64,000 nt of DNA, taken from NCBI GenBank assembly GCA_038087875.1, contig CM075991.1:3782001-3846000 (forward strand), written 5' to 3'. The notes beneath the pieces are model-generated. The model did not search any database and was not told the DNA's origin. It saw nothing but the letters and a program-made list of their open reading frames with translations. This stretch comes from Malacoraja senta. Taxonomy: Eukaryota. The translations under genes were made by a program, and so were the position numbers. Position 1 is the first letter of the stretch, and every line of letters starts with the position of its first letter. Below, piece after piece: positions 22,490 through 35,850 of the stretch.

Positions 22490-23085
22490 CGTTATGTTTT
22501 GTGTTGCCTTGAGTCTATCTTCAAGACAAAGAACGGAGACAGTACTCTGCGTGGTAGTTCTTTTACTAATACACGGTTCTACAAGCTTCCCATTCTGCAA
22601 CTGTTCGCATGATCTAGATCACGACTTAACTGCGTAATGCACTCAATTTGCATGTCCAACCCAGTTTCAATTGTAACAATATAACATTCCCCCCTTCTTA
22701 AACAAAACGTGTTACATTTCTAACAATCAGTGTAAGATAACAGTTGCAAAACATAACAGTTCGGTTTGTTCTATTCTGTGTATCCAGTTTTGCTTTGTTT
22801 GCTCTGCCTTTATTTGTAATCGGCATCGTATTATCTGTCTCGTGGTCTTGTGTTCTTTCTGGTTCTTTTAGATGTGGTATTTATGTCAGTTCTGTATTCT
22901 TCGTCTTTTAACTCATTTGTCTTGACATCTGGTGACATTGCAGATTGTGTGTTTTATAGCGATATTGGTGTTGTGCTTGATGTTGTCGATGTGGCTGTAG
23001 GTGTGTTGGTTGTTGGTGGTGTTGATGGCAAACTTCACCAGATCATGTGTTGGTCGGATGTGACCCCTATTTCTTCTTAACTGCA
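22490..23085 (-). mobile_element. Gypsy-type LTR retrotransposon 3' remnant (integrase tail, PPT, ~197-bp LTR)
   Basis: Minus strand: LRRNRGHIRPT integrase C-terminal-like motif, polypurine tract AAGAAGGGGGGAA (22699-22687) followed directly by TGTTAT..., ending ...CATAAC at 22491. Confidence 0.65.
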
Positions 23086-23161
23086 TCCCAGTCCCCGTCA
23101 CTCCACCACCTGCATCTTTTTTTTTGTAAACCAGCATCTGCAGTTCACTGTGTCTACACCA

Positions 23162-23475
23162 GGGCGGCACATTTGCGCAACGGTAGAGTTGCTGCCTTCA
23201 GTGCCAGAGACTCGTGTTCGATGCTCACTACGGGTGCTCTCTGTACGGAGTTGTACGTTCTCCCTGTGACCGAGTCGGTTGACGCCGGATGCTCCGGTTT
23301 CTTACCACATTGCAAAGACGTGCAGGTTTGTAGGTAAATTGGCTTCAGACTGTGAACTGTGAACGTGAACTCAAACTGTGTGCAGAAAAGAACTAATGTA
23401 CATGTAATCGCTGGTCAGCGCGGACTGGGTGGGCCGAAGGGCCTGCCTCCACGCTATATCTCTCAAACTAAACTA
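23162..23475 (+). mobile_element. V-SINE (HE1-like), near full length
   Basis: GGCGGCAC head, GTTCGATG B-box, V domain, (AAACT)n tail. Confidence 0.8.
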
Positions 23476-23876
23476 TATATTAGGAAAAAATAAATGGGTC
23501 AGGGTCGGATTCGTGTAAATGGGTAGTTGATGTTCGGCATATACCTGGTAAACTGAACTGAATAGCCTGTGTCCGTGCGGCGTGGATCAATGGTTTGCTT
23601 CGACTGTACTGTGCCGTTCACCATCCATCCCCATCCCTATTCCCTTCCCTCCGCCAAGCCTCCCCAACTCAGAACCAGATCTGGACCAAGCTTCCCCGTG
23701 TCTCGGGTTTGGGACAAAGATGGGGAGAGCCGGTGTCCGGCCCATTCCGTCTACTGTGCCCAATTCCCAACCCACACGGCTCACTCATTGGCATCGGCGT
23801 CACCCACCCGAGCCCTGCGTTGCCAGTTCAGCCGGCGAGGTCAGATCCCCTGCGCTGAAGGCGGAGGATTACTTAC

Positions 23877-25204
23877 CGTTCACAGCATTCATAACCTCGG
23901 GGCGAACATACGCAGTGCTGGCAGTTAGAGTTCATCCAACTTTCTGGCAGTTGATGAACGGACCCGTCGACTAAGTCGACGCATTTGTGGGGACGCCCAG
24001 ATTTGCCCTTTGCTGTTAATGATAAGGAGAGCGGTTGGTCAGTGTCCCGCCTGGGAGTGGAGTGACCCGAGGGAGTGGAGTCCCTTGGTGTTGGTTCAAT
24101 ACCAATACATCCTGGAAATGAGGCATTCAGACCTTTGGGAAGAGCCAGGGTCTGCCCCAGTGTGTACTGACCCGGACCCGGCACATGGCCGCACGGAGAG
24201 AAAAAAACAAAGTCTGGAGTAACTCAGCGGGACAGGCAGCATCTCTGGGGAGAAGGAATGGTGACGTTTGGAGTCGAGATCCTTCTTCAGACTTGTCCGC
24301 ACGGTACCGTTTAACCCGGGTTCCGTCTACAGTGACCCGACCTACCCCCACCTACTTAATCCCCTTGGGCAGGCAGTCGGATCGGGTTGAGCGCTCGTCC
24401 ACCTGGCGCCGTGACCAAACTAATGGCCGGGTTGGCCTGGCCCAGAAGAAACCCAACCCAGGACATCCTCTGATCTCCCCACTCCCTTCCGCACTGGGTG
24501 CCCAAAGATTAGGATGGTGGGATTGCAGTGGAGCCAGAAAGCAAGGAGCAGCCCCTTCCAGTAGATCACTCCATAATTGGGTAGGTTTGGCCGTCATCCC
24601 TGGTTATTGTGTGAACCCCTGACCCAATGGTATCCCCAATATTCATCCAGGCTGTGGGTGCCGGAACCAGTCACTGGTTTGGGAGGAACTCCTGGGGCAC
24701 TAAACTTATTTTCAGGGAAAACGCATCAAACCCGGCGAGGTGTCCCCATTCTTACAGGGAAGCGTGGCTTCCATTGGGTACACAACATGATCCCACACAG
24801 CCCAGTGATTAGCCTGTTCCATCAACACCAGTTGAGAGCCAAATATTGGTCATGGATCAGGAGCAGCTCCAAATCATTCAGAGCAATCCACCCGTGGACA
24901 ATGTTTAGTGCCACAGCTGAAGTGCGGCGTAGGAGCGCACCATCAGTTAAGGATTGGTCGGAGCATCAACCTCCACTACCGTTCAGACTCCAACCGGATC
25001 GAGGAACAGGCGGGGAGCCAATGGTGACCAGCTTTAGCGTAGCGCCATGAGTATGATGTCCTGCTTAGTCCCCGCTGGGAGTGAGATTCACATCGATAGA
25101 TTACCGCTTGCGTCCTGTTGCTGTTTGAGCCAGGCGGATTCCGATAGCTGAGCAGCGAGAAGCAGCAGAGCGATGCAGAGTAGGAATTACTGCGGAGAGA
25201 CGGA

Positions 25205-25249
<45 letters not shown>

Positions 25250-25479
25250 ATGAGCGATGTAGTCATGTAACTAACTATGTCACTGTCACCTCGGAAGGCG
25301 GCTGTACAGCGACTCAAAGCTGCAGGTACACAAAAATGCTGGAGAAATTCAGCGGGTGCAGCAGCATCTATGGAGCGAAGGAAATAGGTAACGTTTCGGG
25401 CCGAAACCCTTCTTCAGACTCAAAGCTGCGCCGGGTTGTTTATTGAACACACAGCAACAGTCTGATCCGTACATACCAT
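23877..25479 (-). pseudogene. MSMB-like pseudogene E, exons 25479-25477, 25189-25105, 24012-23877
   Basis: First codon of exon 2 is TAA (AAA in paralogues), Cys2 codon is TGG, TATA region mutated, exon 4 not found; exon 3 still open (KGKSGRPHKCVDLVDGSVHQLPESWMNSNCQHCVCSPRGYECCER). Confidence 0.85.
25324..25416 (-). mobile_element. Solo Penelope pLTR fragment with hammerhead core, 13-bp TSD
   Basis: TSD GACTCAAAGCTGC at 25311-25323 and 25417-25429; absent from paralogous intron 1 copies; sequence matches the end of the GIY-YIG element at 48974-49066. Confidence 0.8.
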
Positions 25480-25989
25480 GATTTCCCAACCGGGCCGCTT
25501 CTCCTCGGTGTCTGAGTTGACAACCTCTTTTATTACGTTGGCACCGCCTGCAGACTGTGTTCTCCGCCCTCGAGAACCGATCTTTCAACGTTTCCTTCGG
25601 CTGCTTGTGTTCTGTCTATGCAGAATAGAGGTGGTGTCTCCCTGGTCCTACCTTCCACCCCACTAGTCACCACAACCAGCTTATCACCCTGGAGTCATAG
25701 TCAAGCGGCACCGAAACTTGCGCTTAGCCAGCTCGCCCATGCCAACCAAGATGCCCCATCTACGCTAGACTCACCTGCCTGCATTTGGCCCATGTCCCTC
25801 TAAACCTTTCCTATCCATTGACCCGTCGTGTTGTCTTCTAGTGCCACTGTGAGACCTTCTCTCACTGCTCTCCGTCTGAGATGACATACTTTGAAGATGT
25901 TTTCCTCCTCACTCCGATGGGAGTTCTGTGATACCCTCGCTCACTACTCCCACTCCATGAACCCTGCTTCTACCTTCTGTTATTTATCC

Positions 25990-26950
25990 TGCCCCTCCGC
26001 TTTGGCTATCTAACTCTCTCTTGAAAACATCCAGTGAATTGGCCTCCACTCCCTGTGGCTGAGAATTCCACTGATTCACAGCTCTGGGTGAAAAAAAAGT
26101 CCTCATCTCAGTCCTAAATGGCCTATCCCTTATTCTGAAAATGTGACCCCTGGATCTGGATTCCCCCAACATTGGAAACATGTTTCCTGTATCTAGCCTG
26201 TCCAATCCTTTAAGAATGTTATATGTTTCTGTAAGATCTCTCATCCTTCCAAACTCCAGTGAATACAAACCCAGCCGACCAATTCTTTCACCATATGTCA
26301 GTCCCGCAATCCCAAGAATTATGCTGGTGAACCTACGCTGAACTCCCTCAATAGCAATAATGCCCTTCCTCAAATTAGCAGACCAAAATTGCACACAATA
26401 CTCCAGGTGCAGTCTCACCAGGGCCCTGTACAACTACAGTAGGACATCCTTGCTCCTAAACTCAAATCCTCTCTCAATGAAGGCCAACATGCCATTAGCT
26501 TTCTTCACTGCCTGCTGTACCTGCATGCTTACTTTCAGTGACTGATGTACAAGCACACCGGGTCTCGTTGCACCACCCATTTTCCTATTCAGACACTATT
26601 CAGATATTAATCCGCCTTCCTGTTCTTGTCACCAAAGTGGAAAACCTCACATTTATCCACATTATACTGCCATGCATCTGCCCATTTACCCAACCTATCC
26701 AAGTCACCCTGCAGCCTCATAGCATCCTCAACGCAGTTCACACTGCCACTCCAGCTTTGTGTCATCCGCAAATTTGGAGATGTCACATTTAATTCCCTCG
26801 TCTAAATTGTTAATATATACAGTATTGTAAATAACGGGTCCCAGCACCGAGCCTTGCGGCACCCCACTAGTCTCTACCTGCCATTCTGAAAAGGACCCGT
26901 CAATTCCTACTCTTTGCTGCCAACCAGTTCTCTATCCATGTCAATACCAT
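25990..26950 (-). mobile_element. CR1-clade LINE RT 3' fragment
   Basis: ORF 25984-26433 YRALVRLHLEYCVQFWS...LGLYSLE...NQWNSQP is a CR1 ORF2 C-terminus. Confidence 0.88.
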
Positions 26951-27356
26951 ACATATCTCAACTGCAGTGCCTCCTCTGGCAACCCGTTTCATGGACCGGG
27001 AACCTATTAAATATTGCCCCTCGCTCCTTAAATCCATGTCTTCTCGTTTCTTATTCCCCTACTCTGCGTAAAATACTCTGTATTTTCATCCTATCTACCC
27101 CCTTATGATTTCAGACGCCTCTCCAAGCTTACGCCACAGCCTCATGCGTTATAAGAGATAATGTCCTAACCTGCCCAACCCCTCCCTGTAGCTCAGGTCG
27201 TCGAGTCCTGGCAACATTGTTGTAAATCTAACCTGCACTCTTTCCACCTTAATGACATCCTTCCTATAGCAGGGTGATCAAAACGGAACACGATACTCCA
27301 AACGCGGTCTCGCCAACGTGTTGTTCAACTGTAGCACAACATCCTAACTTCTATGT

Positions 27357-27463
27357 TGTTTATGAAGGGTCTGAAGAAGGGTTTCGGCCCGAAACGTTGC
27401 CTATTTCCTTCGCTCCATAGATGCTGCTGCACCCGCTAAGTTTCTCCAGCATTTTTGTGTACC
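27357..27463 (+). mobile_element. Solo Penelope pLTR fragment with intact hammerhead core, 15-bp TSD
   Basis: TSD TCCTAACTTCTATGT at 27342-27356 and 27464-27478. Confidence 0.8.
27366..27402 (+). ncRNA. Minimal type I hammerhead ribozyme motif
   Basis: GGGU CUGAAGA A GGGU-UUCG-GCCC GAAA C GUU GCCU: CUGANGA box, stem II hairpin, GAAA box, palindromic AACGUU stem III, NUH triplet. Confidence 0.65.
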
Positions 27464-28203
27464 TCCTAACTTCTATGTGTTGGAAGGAACTGCAGATGCT
27501 GGGTTAAATCGAAGGTGGACACAAAAACCTAGAGTGACTCAGCGAGTCAGGCAGCATCTCTGGAGAAAAGGAATATGTGACTTTTCGGGTCGAGACTCGA
27601 CTATGAAAAAGGGTCTCGACCCGAAACGTCACATATTCCCTTTCTCAAGAGATGTTGCCTGATAGTGCAGAGTTACTCCAGGTTTTTCTGTCTATCCCAA
27701 CGTCTGTAGTCAATACCCTGAGAGATGAAGGCCAGCATTCTGAAAACTAACTTGATAGGGTTATTGTTCCGTAACACCACTTTCATGGAACTACGTGCAT
27801 GTGTTTAGGTTCCTGCATGTGAATGAGGGAGGGGAGGCATTGTCAAGTATTGCCCTCCACAAGTTTACAGCGGAATGTGCCAGGGGTCAGGAGGGGAGGG
27901 TGGGACGGGATGAACACAGTGACGTGAGCCACGAAAAGGGCAGTCCATGCGGAAAGCAGAATGGGTAGGAGAGGGGGAGAATTGGCCACTGATGAGATCC
28001 CATTGGAATGGTGAGAAGTTGGGAAGGGTGCTGTGCTGGTTGTGGGAGCTATTGGGGCGAAAGATAGGACCAGGACTCCGCCCTTGTTCTGAACAGAAAG
28101 GACAAAGGCAGCTTAAGCTAATGTTGAAAGACTGGTTCCCAAGCACGGACAATAAAAGTCTGCAGGCGGTGGCAGCGGGAAGAAGCGGGCTGGTTGGGAG
28201 ATC

Positions 28204-28650
28204 ATGGCATGCACGGATCACCTGACAGTTGTTTGGTCTGCAGTAAACGGCCAAGCGCAGATTTGAGTCGCTGCACAGCCCCCGTCCGAGGTGACAGTGA
28301 CAGGGACATGTTGCAATGCTAGTTACTTGACCAAGTCGCTCATTTCAGCTCTCCCTCTCCCTCTCTCTATCATCCCCAACTTTCTTCCATTTAAAACAAT
28401 CAGCCTGTTGCTTGGTCTTCAGTAAACTGCCCAGCGCAGCTCTGAGTCGCTGCAGATAACCCCATCTGAGGTGACGGTGAAAGGGACATGTTGCAGCGTG
28501 AGTAACATGACCACGTCGTTCATAACTGTATCTCCTTCTCGCCCTCCCTCCACAGAAACACCTACCGTGCATCGCTCTGCTGCTTCTCGTCGTTCAGCTG
28601 CCGGAAAGTCCCTGCTTCATTCAGATAAATGACAAAGACCAGTGTGAATC
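28204..28650 (+). pseudogene. MSMB-like pseudogene fragment F (exon 1 and exon 2 only)
   Basis: ATG|gcatgc (donor GT>GC), ~100-bp duplication in intron 1, exon 2 from 28556 KHLPCIALLLLVVQLPESPCFIQ with its donor deleted, truncated by a SINE at ~28697. Confidence 0.75.
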
Positions 28651-30724
28651 TCACTCGCGCATCCGACAGTGATACTCGGCCGACGACAGGGACTGGACGG
28701 TTCCGTGGCGCTGCTGCCTCACAGCGCCAGAGACCCGGATTCGATTCTGACCTCGGATGCTGTCTGCGTGGAGTTTGCATGTTATTTCTGTGACCGCGAG
28801 GGTTTCGGCCGGGTGCACCGGTTTCCTCCTTCATCCCAAAGCCAGGCGGGGTTGTGGGTTAATTGGCTTCTGTAAATTGCGCCGCAGGGAGTGGCGACGA
28901 GGGTGGACCAATTCTCTGGATTCAAGAGATAGTGAGATTTAGCTCTTAGAGCTAACGGAATCAAGAGATATGGGGGGGAAGCAGGAACAAGGTACTGATT
29001 TTGGATGATCAGCCATGATCATATTGAATGATAGTGCTGGCTCGAAGGGCCGATTGGCCTACTCCTGCAACTATACACTCCTGCAACTCTACTTCTGCGC
29101 CACTGTGTTGCCCTGCACGGCACGAACATAGGCCCTTCAGTCGAGCGAGTGCATGTCACCCATCAACCCCCCATTTACACTCACCCTTCCCTAACCGACT
29201 TAATGCTCACAACATGTCCCTCACTTCCCTTCAAATTCTGCCAATCCACTGAACACATTATAATGGCGAACTAACCCATCAACCTGCACGTCTTGGAAAC
29301 CAGAGCACAATGGGCTGGAGTGGGTGAGGGATTGAGAAGGGTGTGGGAAGGGAGTGTGTGTGTGGGGGGGGGGGGGTGGACGCAGAGAGATGGAGTGCAT
29401 CGGGGGAAGGGATGGACGGGGAGGATGGGATGTTGAGAGGAAAGGACTGGAAAGAGGAAGGGTGGAGGGGATTGTGGAAACTGCCTGGGAGCAGCGCGGC
29501 TTCCATTCAACCAGGACGCACGGTTGCAGCACAATATTCCGCCGACAGGGGGACGTGGGAGAGACTGCTCGAGTTGTTCCTTCCTCTGGCCTTGCCGTTG
29601 CCCCTCTACAACTGGACCGTCGCGGGATTGTCAATGGGGACACGAGGAAGTTATGAATGGTTGTCAGTCAATTCGCGGGACCCATTGGGTCTTCAGCTCA
29701 AGATGAAATAACTCAGTGAAGCTAAGGAAGGCCATTTGGCTCCTCCATCCTGTTCGACCATTCGACAAAGTCGTGGCTGAACCTCTACCTCAAGGTCATT
29801 TACCTGTGTTAGAGTTAACTAGTACCTTGGTGAGACCATCTCTGGAGAATTGTATCTACTTATTGTCTGATTACCTGAAGAAGAGTATACTTGCTGCTGT
29901 TGGCTTTCAGCAAATATTCTACCAACTCATGGATCATAGAAAGCGACGCAGCACAGAAACAGGTCCCTATACCCACCAATTCCATGCCACGTATCAAGCA
30001 ACCATTGTTATATTTATCCTCCACTAATCCCATTTAATTCTTATCATATTTGCACCAACCTTCCCCCGAACCACGCATCTTGGAGATGTGTGGACTGTCA
30101 GAGGTAACTCCACTTAGCAGAACCAGGACATAATTTTCATGCATTTATAGGTTTGCCTATGTTCCAAAATTTAAAAAAAACAAGGCACTGGAAACTCTCA
30201 GCAGACCAGGCAGCATCTACGGAGAGAGAATCCACGTTAATGTTTCCACCAGTAGGCTTCATCAGAATGTTTTGGTTCAGTTTCACTACCCATTCAATCC
30301 TCCAAAGGTCTTAGTGATTACCTGTGGCTCCTTCCAGCAAGGCTTCCAAATCAGAATGCTAGAAGAACTCAACTGTGGAGGCAAGAATCAGCATTTTGGT
30401 CCTGATGCATGATCTTGACCTGAAGATTCAACATAAAGCACTGCCTCTGCCTCTACTGATGTTGCTTGATCTGCTGAGCTCCTCCAGCATATGCCCTTAG
30501 TTCCAACATCTACAATCTGTTTTGTCTTAAAGTCAGGCTTCAGTTTGGTAAATTTACAGAAGATATATCCATGTTTTATGATCAGTTTACAGTCAATAAT
30601 GAAGTGACAGCAATAAACCATTACCAATATCAATACCTCAAAACCTGAAAGAACCAATACTCAGGAACTAAATGAGCAGGAAGGTACACGCACTGTGACT
30701 GAGATATGATCTTTATGGAATATG

Positions 30725-30730
30725 TTTATT
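30725..30730 (-). terminator. Polyadenylation signal of gene G
   Basis: AATAAA on the minus strand 55 nt after the TAG. Confidence 0.65.
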
Positions 30731-30785
30731 GTTTGAAGAAAATGAGACATCGTTCACCATTTCGGCTAATCCAAGCGACAAATTT

Positions 30786-30933
30786 CTACATTGCAATCTT
30801 ATTATATTTCCATCCAACTGGCCACACTGGGCATTCAACAGAAGGGTTGTTTCTCTTGTGGACTCGATACCGACAGCCTTGGTGCTCAAAACTGGCCACG
30901 CAATCAGTTGGGTAATTGCTGGGCACGGAATAG
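30786..30933 (-). CDS. MSMB: Beta-microseminoprotein-like gene G, exon 4
   Basis: ttacag|c YSVPSNYPTDCVASFEHQGCRYRVHKRNNPSVECPVWPVGWKYNKIAM*; phase matches exon 3. Confidence 0.9.
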
Positions 30934-32305
30934 CTGTAACAGAGACCGGTAAAAGTAATGATAATGATAAACAGCGTGGAAGTTTAATATGCCGCAGTAT
31001 GTAAGAGTTAATGATGCATGGAATAAAAAGTAGCAAATGCAGGAAATACTCAGCATAGCAGAAGACATGTGGTGGATGGTCATCCATTTGAAAAGTTAAC
31101 ATTTTTTCTCTCTTCACAGATGTTGCCTGAGCTGCTGAGTTTTTCCAGCAATCTGTGTTTATTTCAGATTTCCAGCAACTGCGGCATTTTGCTTTTAAAC
31201 ATGCATGGTTCTGGATTTTGAAGATTGTGTTGCCAATTTTCTCTATTACCTGAACCTATATTTTATTGCACATACATCACAGAGTCGGTTGAGGTATTTG
31301 CGGCTTTAGAATGCATCAAAGGTCATGGAAATAGGAGTATGTCACAGGCTCATCAGTTCTGCTCCACCATTTAGAAAGCCATTGTTCCACCCCATCCTCT
31401 CTGTCTTGTCTAGTTATCACATCCCTTCAGTTTCTGACAATTCTGCTATTCAACAATGCCAAGCAACCTGTGTGTTGGCTTTTCTGGCGACGTGACATGG
31501 GTATTGAGGTGCCTAGTCTTCACTGTTCAATAGTTCTTTGGATGTTTATCCGCCCTTAATCCTCTGTTGCAAGGATCAACCCAGTTTGGTATGCCATAGA
31601 TAAACCCATCATAATGAATGTCTGGGTCATAAAATGAGTAAAACCACATCCGTTCAACACCATCCAGTTACCAAACAGTACCCACTTTTTCTTTATTTGA
31701 ATTCCCCTCCTATATTAATTACTTCGAAGAAAGAACATGGGAATAGGCTCTTTGGTCCACTGAGTCCAAGCCAACCAGCAATCACCCATTTAAACTAAAT
31801 CTATGTTATCCCACTTTTTCATCTACTCCCTACACATTAAGGACAATTTACAATGGCTAATTAACTTACAAACTTGTACATCTTTGGGATGTGCAAGGAA
31901 ACTGGAGCACCCGGAGAAAACCCATGCCGTCACAGGTAGAATGCGCAAACTACACACTGACAGCACCGGAGGCGAGGATTGAACCTGGGTCTGTGCCGCT
32001 GTGAGGCAGTAGCTATTCTAACTGTAACACTGTGCTGCCCTGTAACTATATGTTAATAAGACCAGGATTCTGTACTTCAATAAGGGGCAATATGGATGTG
32101 TGTAAGGTCAAAGCTGTGTTGGAGTACAAACAGAATTATGCAGAGTTATGGAACAGAAACAAGACATTAGGACCATCTGATTTGTGCTCATACTTCTGCT
32201 CTACCTTTGTGCTTCTTGTACACACTATTGGGTTCAGGCATCCAAAATAATGATGACTTGGAGGTCCAACAAATGAGTGGTGGTGCTAGCAAGAATGGTA
32301 CCAAC

Positions 32306-32417
32306 CTATCCCAGCAGGCCACAACAGTATGGAAGCATTTACAGAGCTGGCAGTTAGAGTTTCTCCACTTTGATCCAATCTTGTGCATTGTTCTATCAAT
32401 CACGTCCTTACATCTAC
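32306..32417 (-). CDS. MSMB: Beta-microseminoprotein-like gene G, exon 3
   Basis: ctctag|gt RCKDVIDRTMHKIGSKWRNSNCQLCKCFHTVVACWD ag|gttggt; phase 1 to phase 2. Confidence 0.9.
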
Positions 32418-33229
32418 CTAGAGCAAAAAATAAGGCTTCAATAATTTGGAAAGCTGGTGGACTTCATCCAAGTGGATTCAAATTATCTGATGGTTAGACA
32501 TGTAGCACTACCCAATTATGACGCAGCTCATATTACTCTCTGATTACATTATACTGTAGCACAATGTATTGAGTTTTGAAAGTTACAAGCCCTTTCATCT
32601 TTGAAATACGTTTTTGTTCCATGTTTAAAGGCATGTTATGTCATTGCAAATTTATGCATGTATTGCATCCACAGTTGAGAATTTGAGTAACTTTGCTCTT
32701 GACAATGTCTTAACACATGTCTGTGTGGTGTTCGTACATTCTCTGCGTGAATGTGTACGTTTCCTCCTTACGGTCTGGTTTCCTCCCACGCCCCAGGGAT
32801 TTGTGGGTTGGTAGGTTAAGTGGACGTGGCAAATTTCCCCAGGTGAGTGATAAATGAGTGATAAAATCTCGGGGGAGCAAACAAGGATAATAAAAAAAGG
32901 TTAGGATAGGATTAGAGTAAAATTGGTTGTTTGATGATTAGCATGGACTTAGTGTCCTGAGTGGTCAATAGTCAAGTGTTTTATTGTCAGGTGTGCCAGA
33001 TAGAACAATGAAATTCTTCCTTGCTGCAGCATGACAGAATATGTAAACACAGTACACTGGAAACAGTATGATGAATGAGAGGAAAAAAAAGTTCAGTGTG
33101 TATATATATATATACACACACACTTACCCACACGTACACACACACACATATATATAATTCGACGTGGTAATATATATATACACATACACATACATACTAA
33201 AATAATAAACAATAGTAATAATAATAATA

Positions 33230-33640
33230 ATACTAGTCTATTGTAGTTGAGAGCTTATTGGAGGTTGTAGTGTTTAATAGCCTGATGCCTGTAGGGAACA
33301 AGCTGTTCCTGAACCTGGACGTTAGAGTTCTCATGCTCCTGTACCTTCTTCCTGATGGCTGGGGTGAAATGAGTGTGTGGCCAGGATGGTGTGGGTCTCT
33401 GATGACGTTGGCTGCCATTTTGAGGCAGCGACTCTGATAAATCCCTTCGATGGTGGGGAGGTCAGAGCCGGTGATGGACTGGGCAGTGTTCACAACTTTT
33501 TGCAGTCTTTTCCGCTCCTGGGCATTCAAATTGCCGAACCAGGCCATGATTCAACCAGTCAATGTGCTCTCTACTGTACACCTGTAGACATCCAAGAGAA
33601 TTCTCCCTGACATACCGTATCTCCCTAATCTCGGGAAGTA
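33230..33640 (-). mobile_element. Rex1/Babar-type LINE 3' fragment
   Basis: ORF 33233-33547 AWFGN...LQKVVNTAQSITG...DPHHPGH...SGRRYRS...FRNSLFPTGIRLLN. Confidence 0.82.
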
Positions 33641-33686
33641 GGGATGTTTTTTTCCATGCTGTCATTCTCTATGCTTGATTCGTAGC

Positions 33687-34312
33687 AAAAGGATTTGAGT
33701 ATAAGAGCAGGGAGGTTCTACTGCAGTTGTACAGGGTCTTAGTGAGGCCACACCTGGAGTATTGCATACAGTTTTGGTCACCAAATCTGAGGAAAGACAT
33801 TCTTGCCATAGAGGGAGTACAGAGAAGGTTCACCAGACTGATTCCTGGGATGGCAGGACTTTCATATGAAGAAAGATTGGATAGACTCGGCTTGTACTCG
33901 CTAGAATTTAGAAGATTGAGGGGGGATCTTATTGAAACTTACAAGATTCTTAAGGGGTTGGACAGGCTAGATGCAGGAAGATTGTTCCCGATGTTGGGGA
34001 AGTCCAGAACAAGGGGTCACAGTTTAAGGATAAGGGGGAAGTCTTTTAGGACCGAGATGAGAAAATCATTTTTCACACAGAGAGTGGTGAATCTGTGGAA
34101 TTCTCTGCCACAGAAGGTAGTTGAGGCCAGTTCATTGGCTATATTTAAGAGGGAGTTAGATGTGGCCCTTGTGGCTAAAGGGATCAGTGGGTATGGAGAG
34201 AAGACAGGTACAGGATACTGAGTGGGATGATCAGCCATGATCATATTGAATGGCGGTGCAGGCTCGAAGGGCCGAATGGCCTACTCCTGCACCTATTTTC
34301 TATGTTTCTATG
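33687..34312 (+). mobile_element. CR1-clade LINE 3' end, young-looking
   Basis: Open ORF 33727-34221 LVRPHLEYCIQFWSP...LGLYSLEFRRLRGDLIETYKI...VVNLWNSLP; TTTCTATG tail. Confidence 0.92.
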
Positions 34313-35291
34313 ACATACAGTACACAGTGATATATATTTTATTGGGAATCAGGAGTCTTTCTTCTCACAAGCAAAACCCACCATGTGCTTTCTGATGCAT
34401 GGCCCTTTCAGTGTATAACTTGAAAACATCTCTTCAACATTTTGTTGGCCAGATCCTGGCATGAAAGCCTCGAACTTATGTCAGCGGGCAATAACATTGT
34501 TTCTGTGAGTTTTGTTTGCAATTCTATTTTGTATATACAAAGCACAGGTAAAACTGCAGCACCATTGGATATGTTACATGTCAGCTCCAAGCTTTGTAAG
34601 GTCAATAATAGAATTATACAGGGTTATAGCACTGAAAAAGCATATTAGGATCCTGATTCATGCTGGTGTTCCCAGCTGTAATCAGGCAACTGAATCATCC
34701 TACACAGTTGGAGAGCAGTCGTAAACTACTAACTACCTCATTGGAAACCCTCAGATTTTCTTTGATCGGATTCCACTGGACTTTATCTTGCACTAAACAT
34801 TACTCACTAAACATTAGCACGCAACTAAAGCTTTTGATTGTACCTCAGTACACTTGAGTTAAACTAAACTGAACTCCTTTGTTCCTGCTCTACACAGCTG
34901 TCTTTTACCCTTCAGCACCTTTCTTACATCTGCTAGTAAATGCAATTACACAATGGGGGATTGAACTTTGGCCCTTCGACCCGCAATGTCTACGCCAAAC
35001 ATCACACCACATTAAACTAATCTCTACTGCCTGCACGTGATCCATATCCCTCCATTCCCTGCATATCCATGTTGCCTCTCTAAAAGCATGCTAATGCCAC
35101 CATCGTATCTGCCTCCACCACCACACCTGGCTGTGTGTTTTAGGCATGCACTACTCTTTGTGTAAATAACCTGCCCTGTGCATCCCTTTTAATCATTGCC
35201 CCTCTCAACTTAAAGCTATGCCCTTTAGTCTTTAACATTTCCACCCTGTGGAAATAGATCTAGGTACAATATGCCTCTCAAAATTGATATA

Positions 35292-35293
<2 letters not shown>

Positions 35294-35362
<69 letters not shown>
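35294..35362. repeat. T34-G-A34 palindrome flanked by a 16-bp direct repeat
   Basis: AAAATTGATATATCTT at 35280-35295 and 35359-35374. Confidence 0.85.
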
Positions 35363-35368
<6 letters not shown>

Positions 35369-35850
35369 TATCTTGACTACTAAACATTTGCTATTCTCAG
35401 TAGAAGTTATTTGTAGGTTAATTATTGAATTTATTGGTGTTTTCTTAGGTCTCCTATGAGAGAATATCGATATAACTAAAAGTCTCATCTTGACCACTTC
35501 CTTTCTGCGCTGTGTATTGATTTCAGAAAAAACGCTACCATATATCGCTATGAATTTTGGCCATCTTACTCACAGTCCTCCTCCGCTGAGGCAGCCCCGA
35601 GGATTTTTCCGATCGATGAAAAATAAAAAGTTATGAGTGTTTAGTTGATTGGTCCTCTCGCCTGTCAATCACCATGATGAAGGTAACATCCCTTCCGGGG
35701 GGCAGAACCATAAAACCCCGGATGCTTGGACGTGAGTCAGTCACTCTGGAAGATCGTGGGAGAGAGGCCACAACTGTGATTCTAAGCTGTAAATCAACTG
35801 ACCTGTGAGTCTTCAATGTACTTGCAATAAATGATTTATTAGCCCTTAAT

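Noticed and set aside
19354..25479. E and D as variable cassettes sharing exon 4
   Set aside because: E has a stop at codon 2, so no productive chimera is possible; the idea is kept only for A/B.
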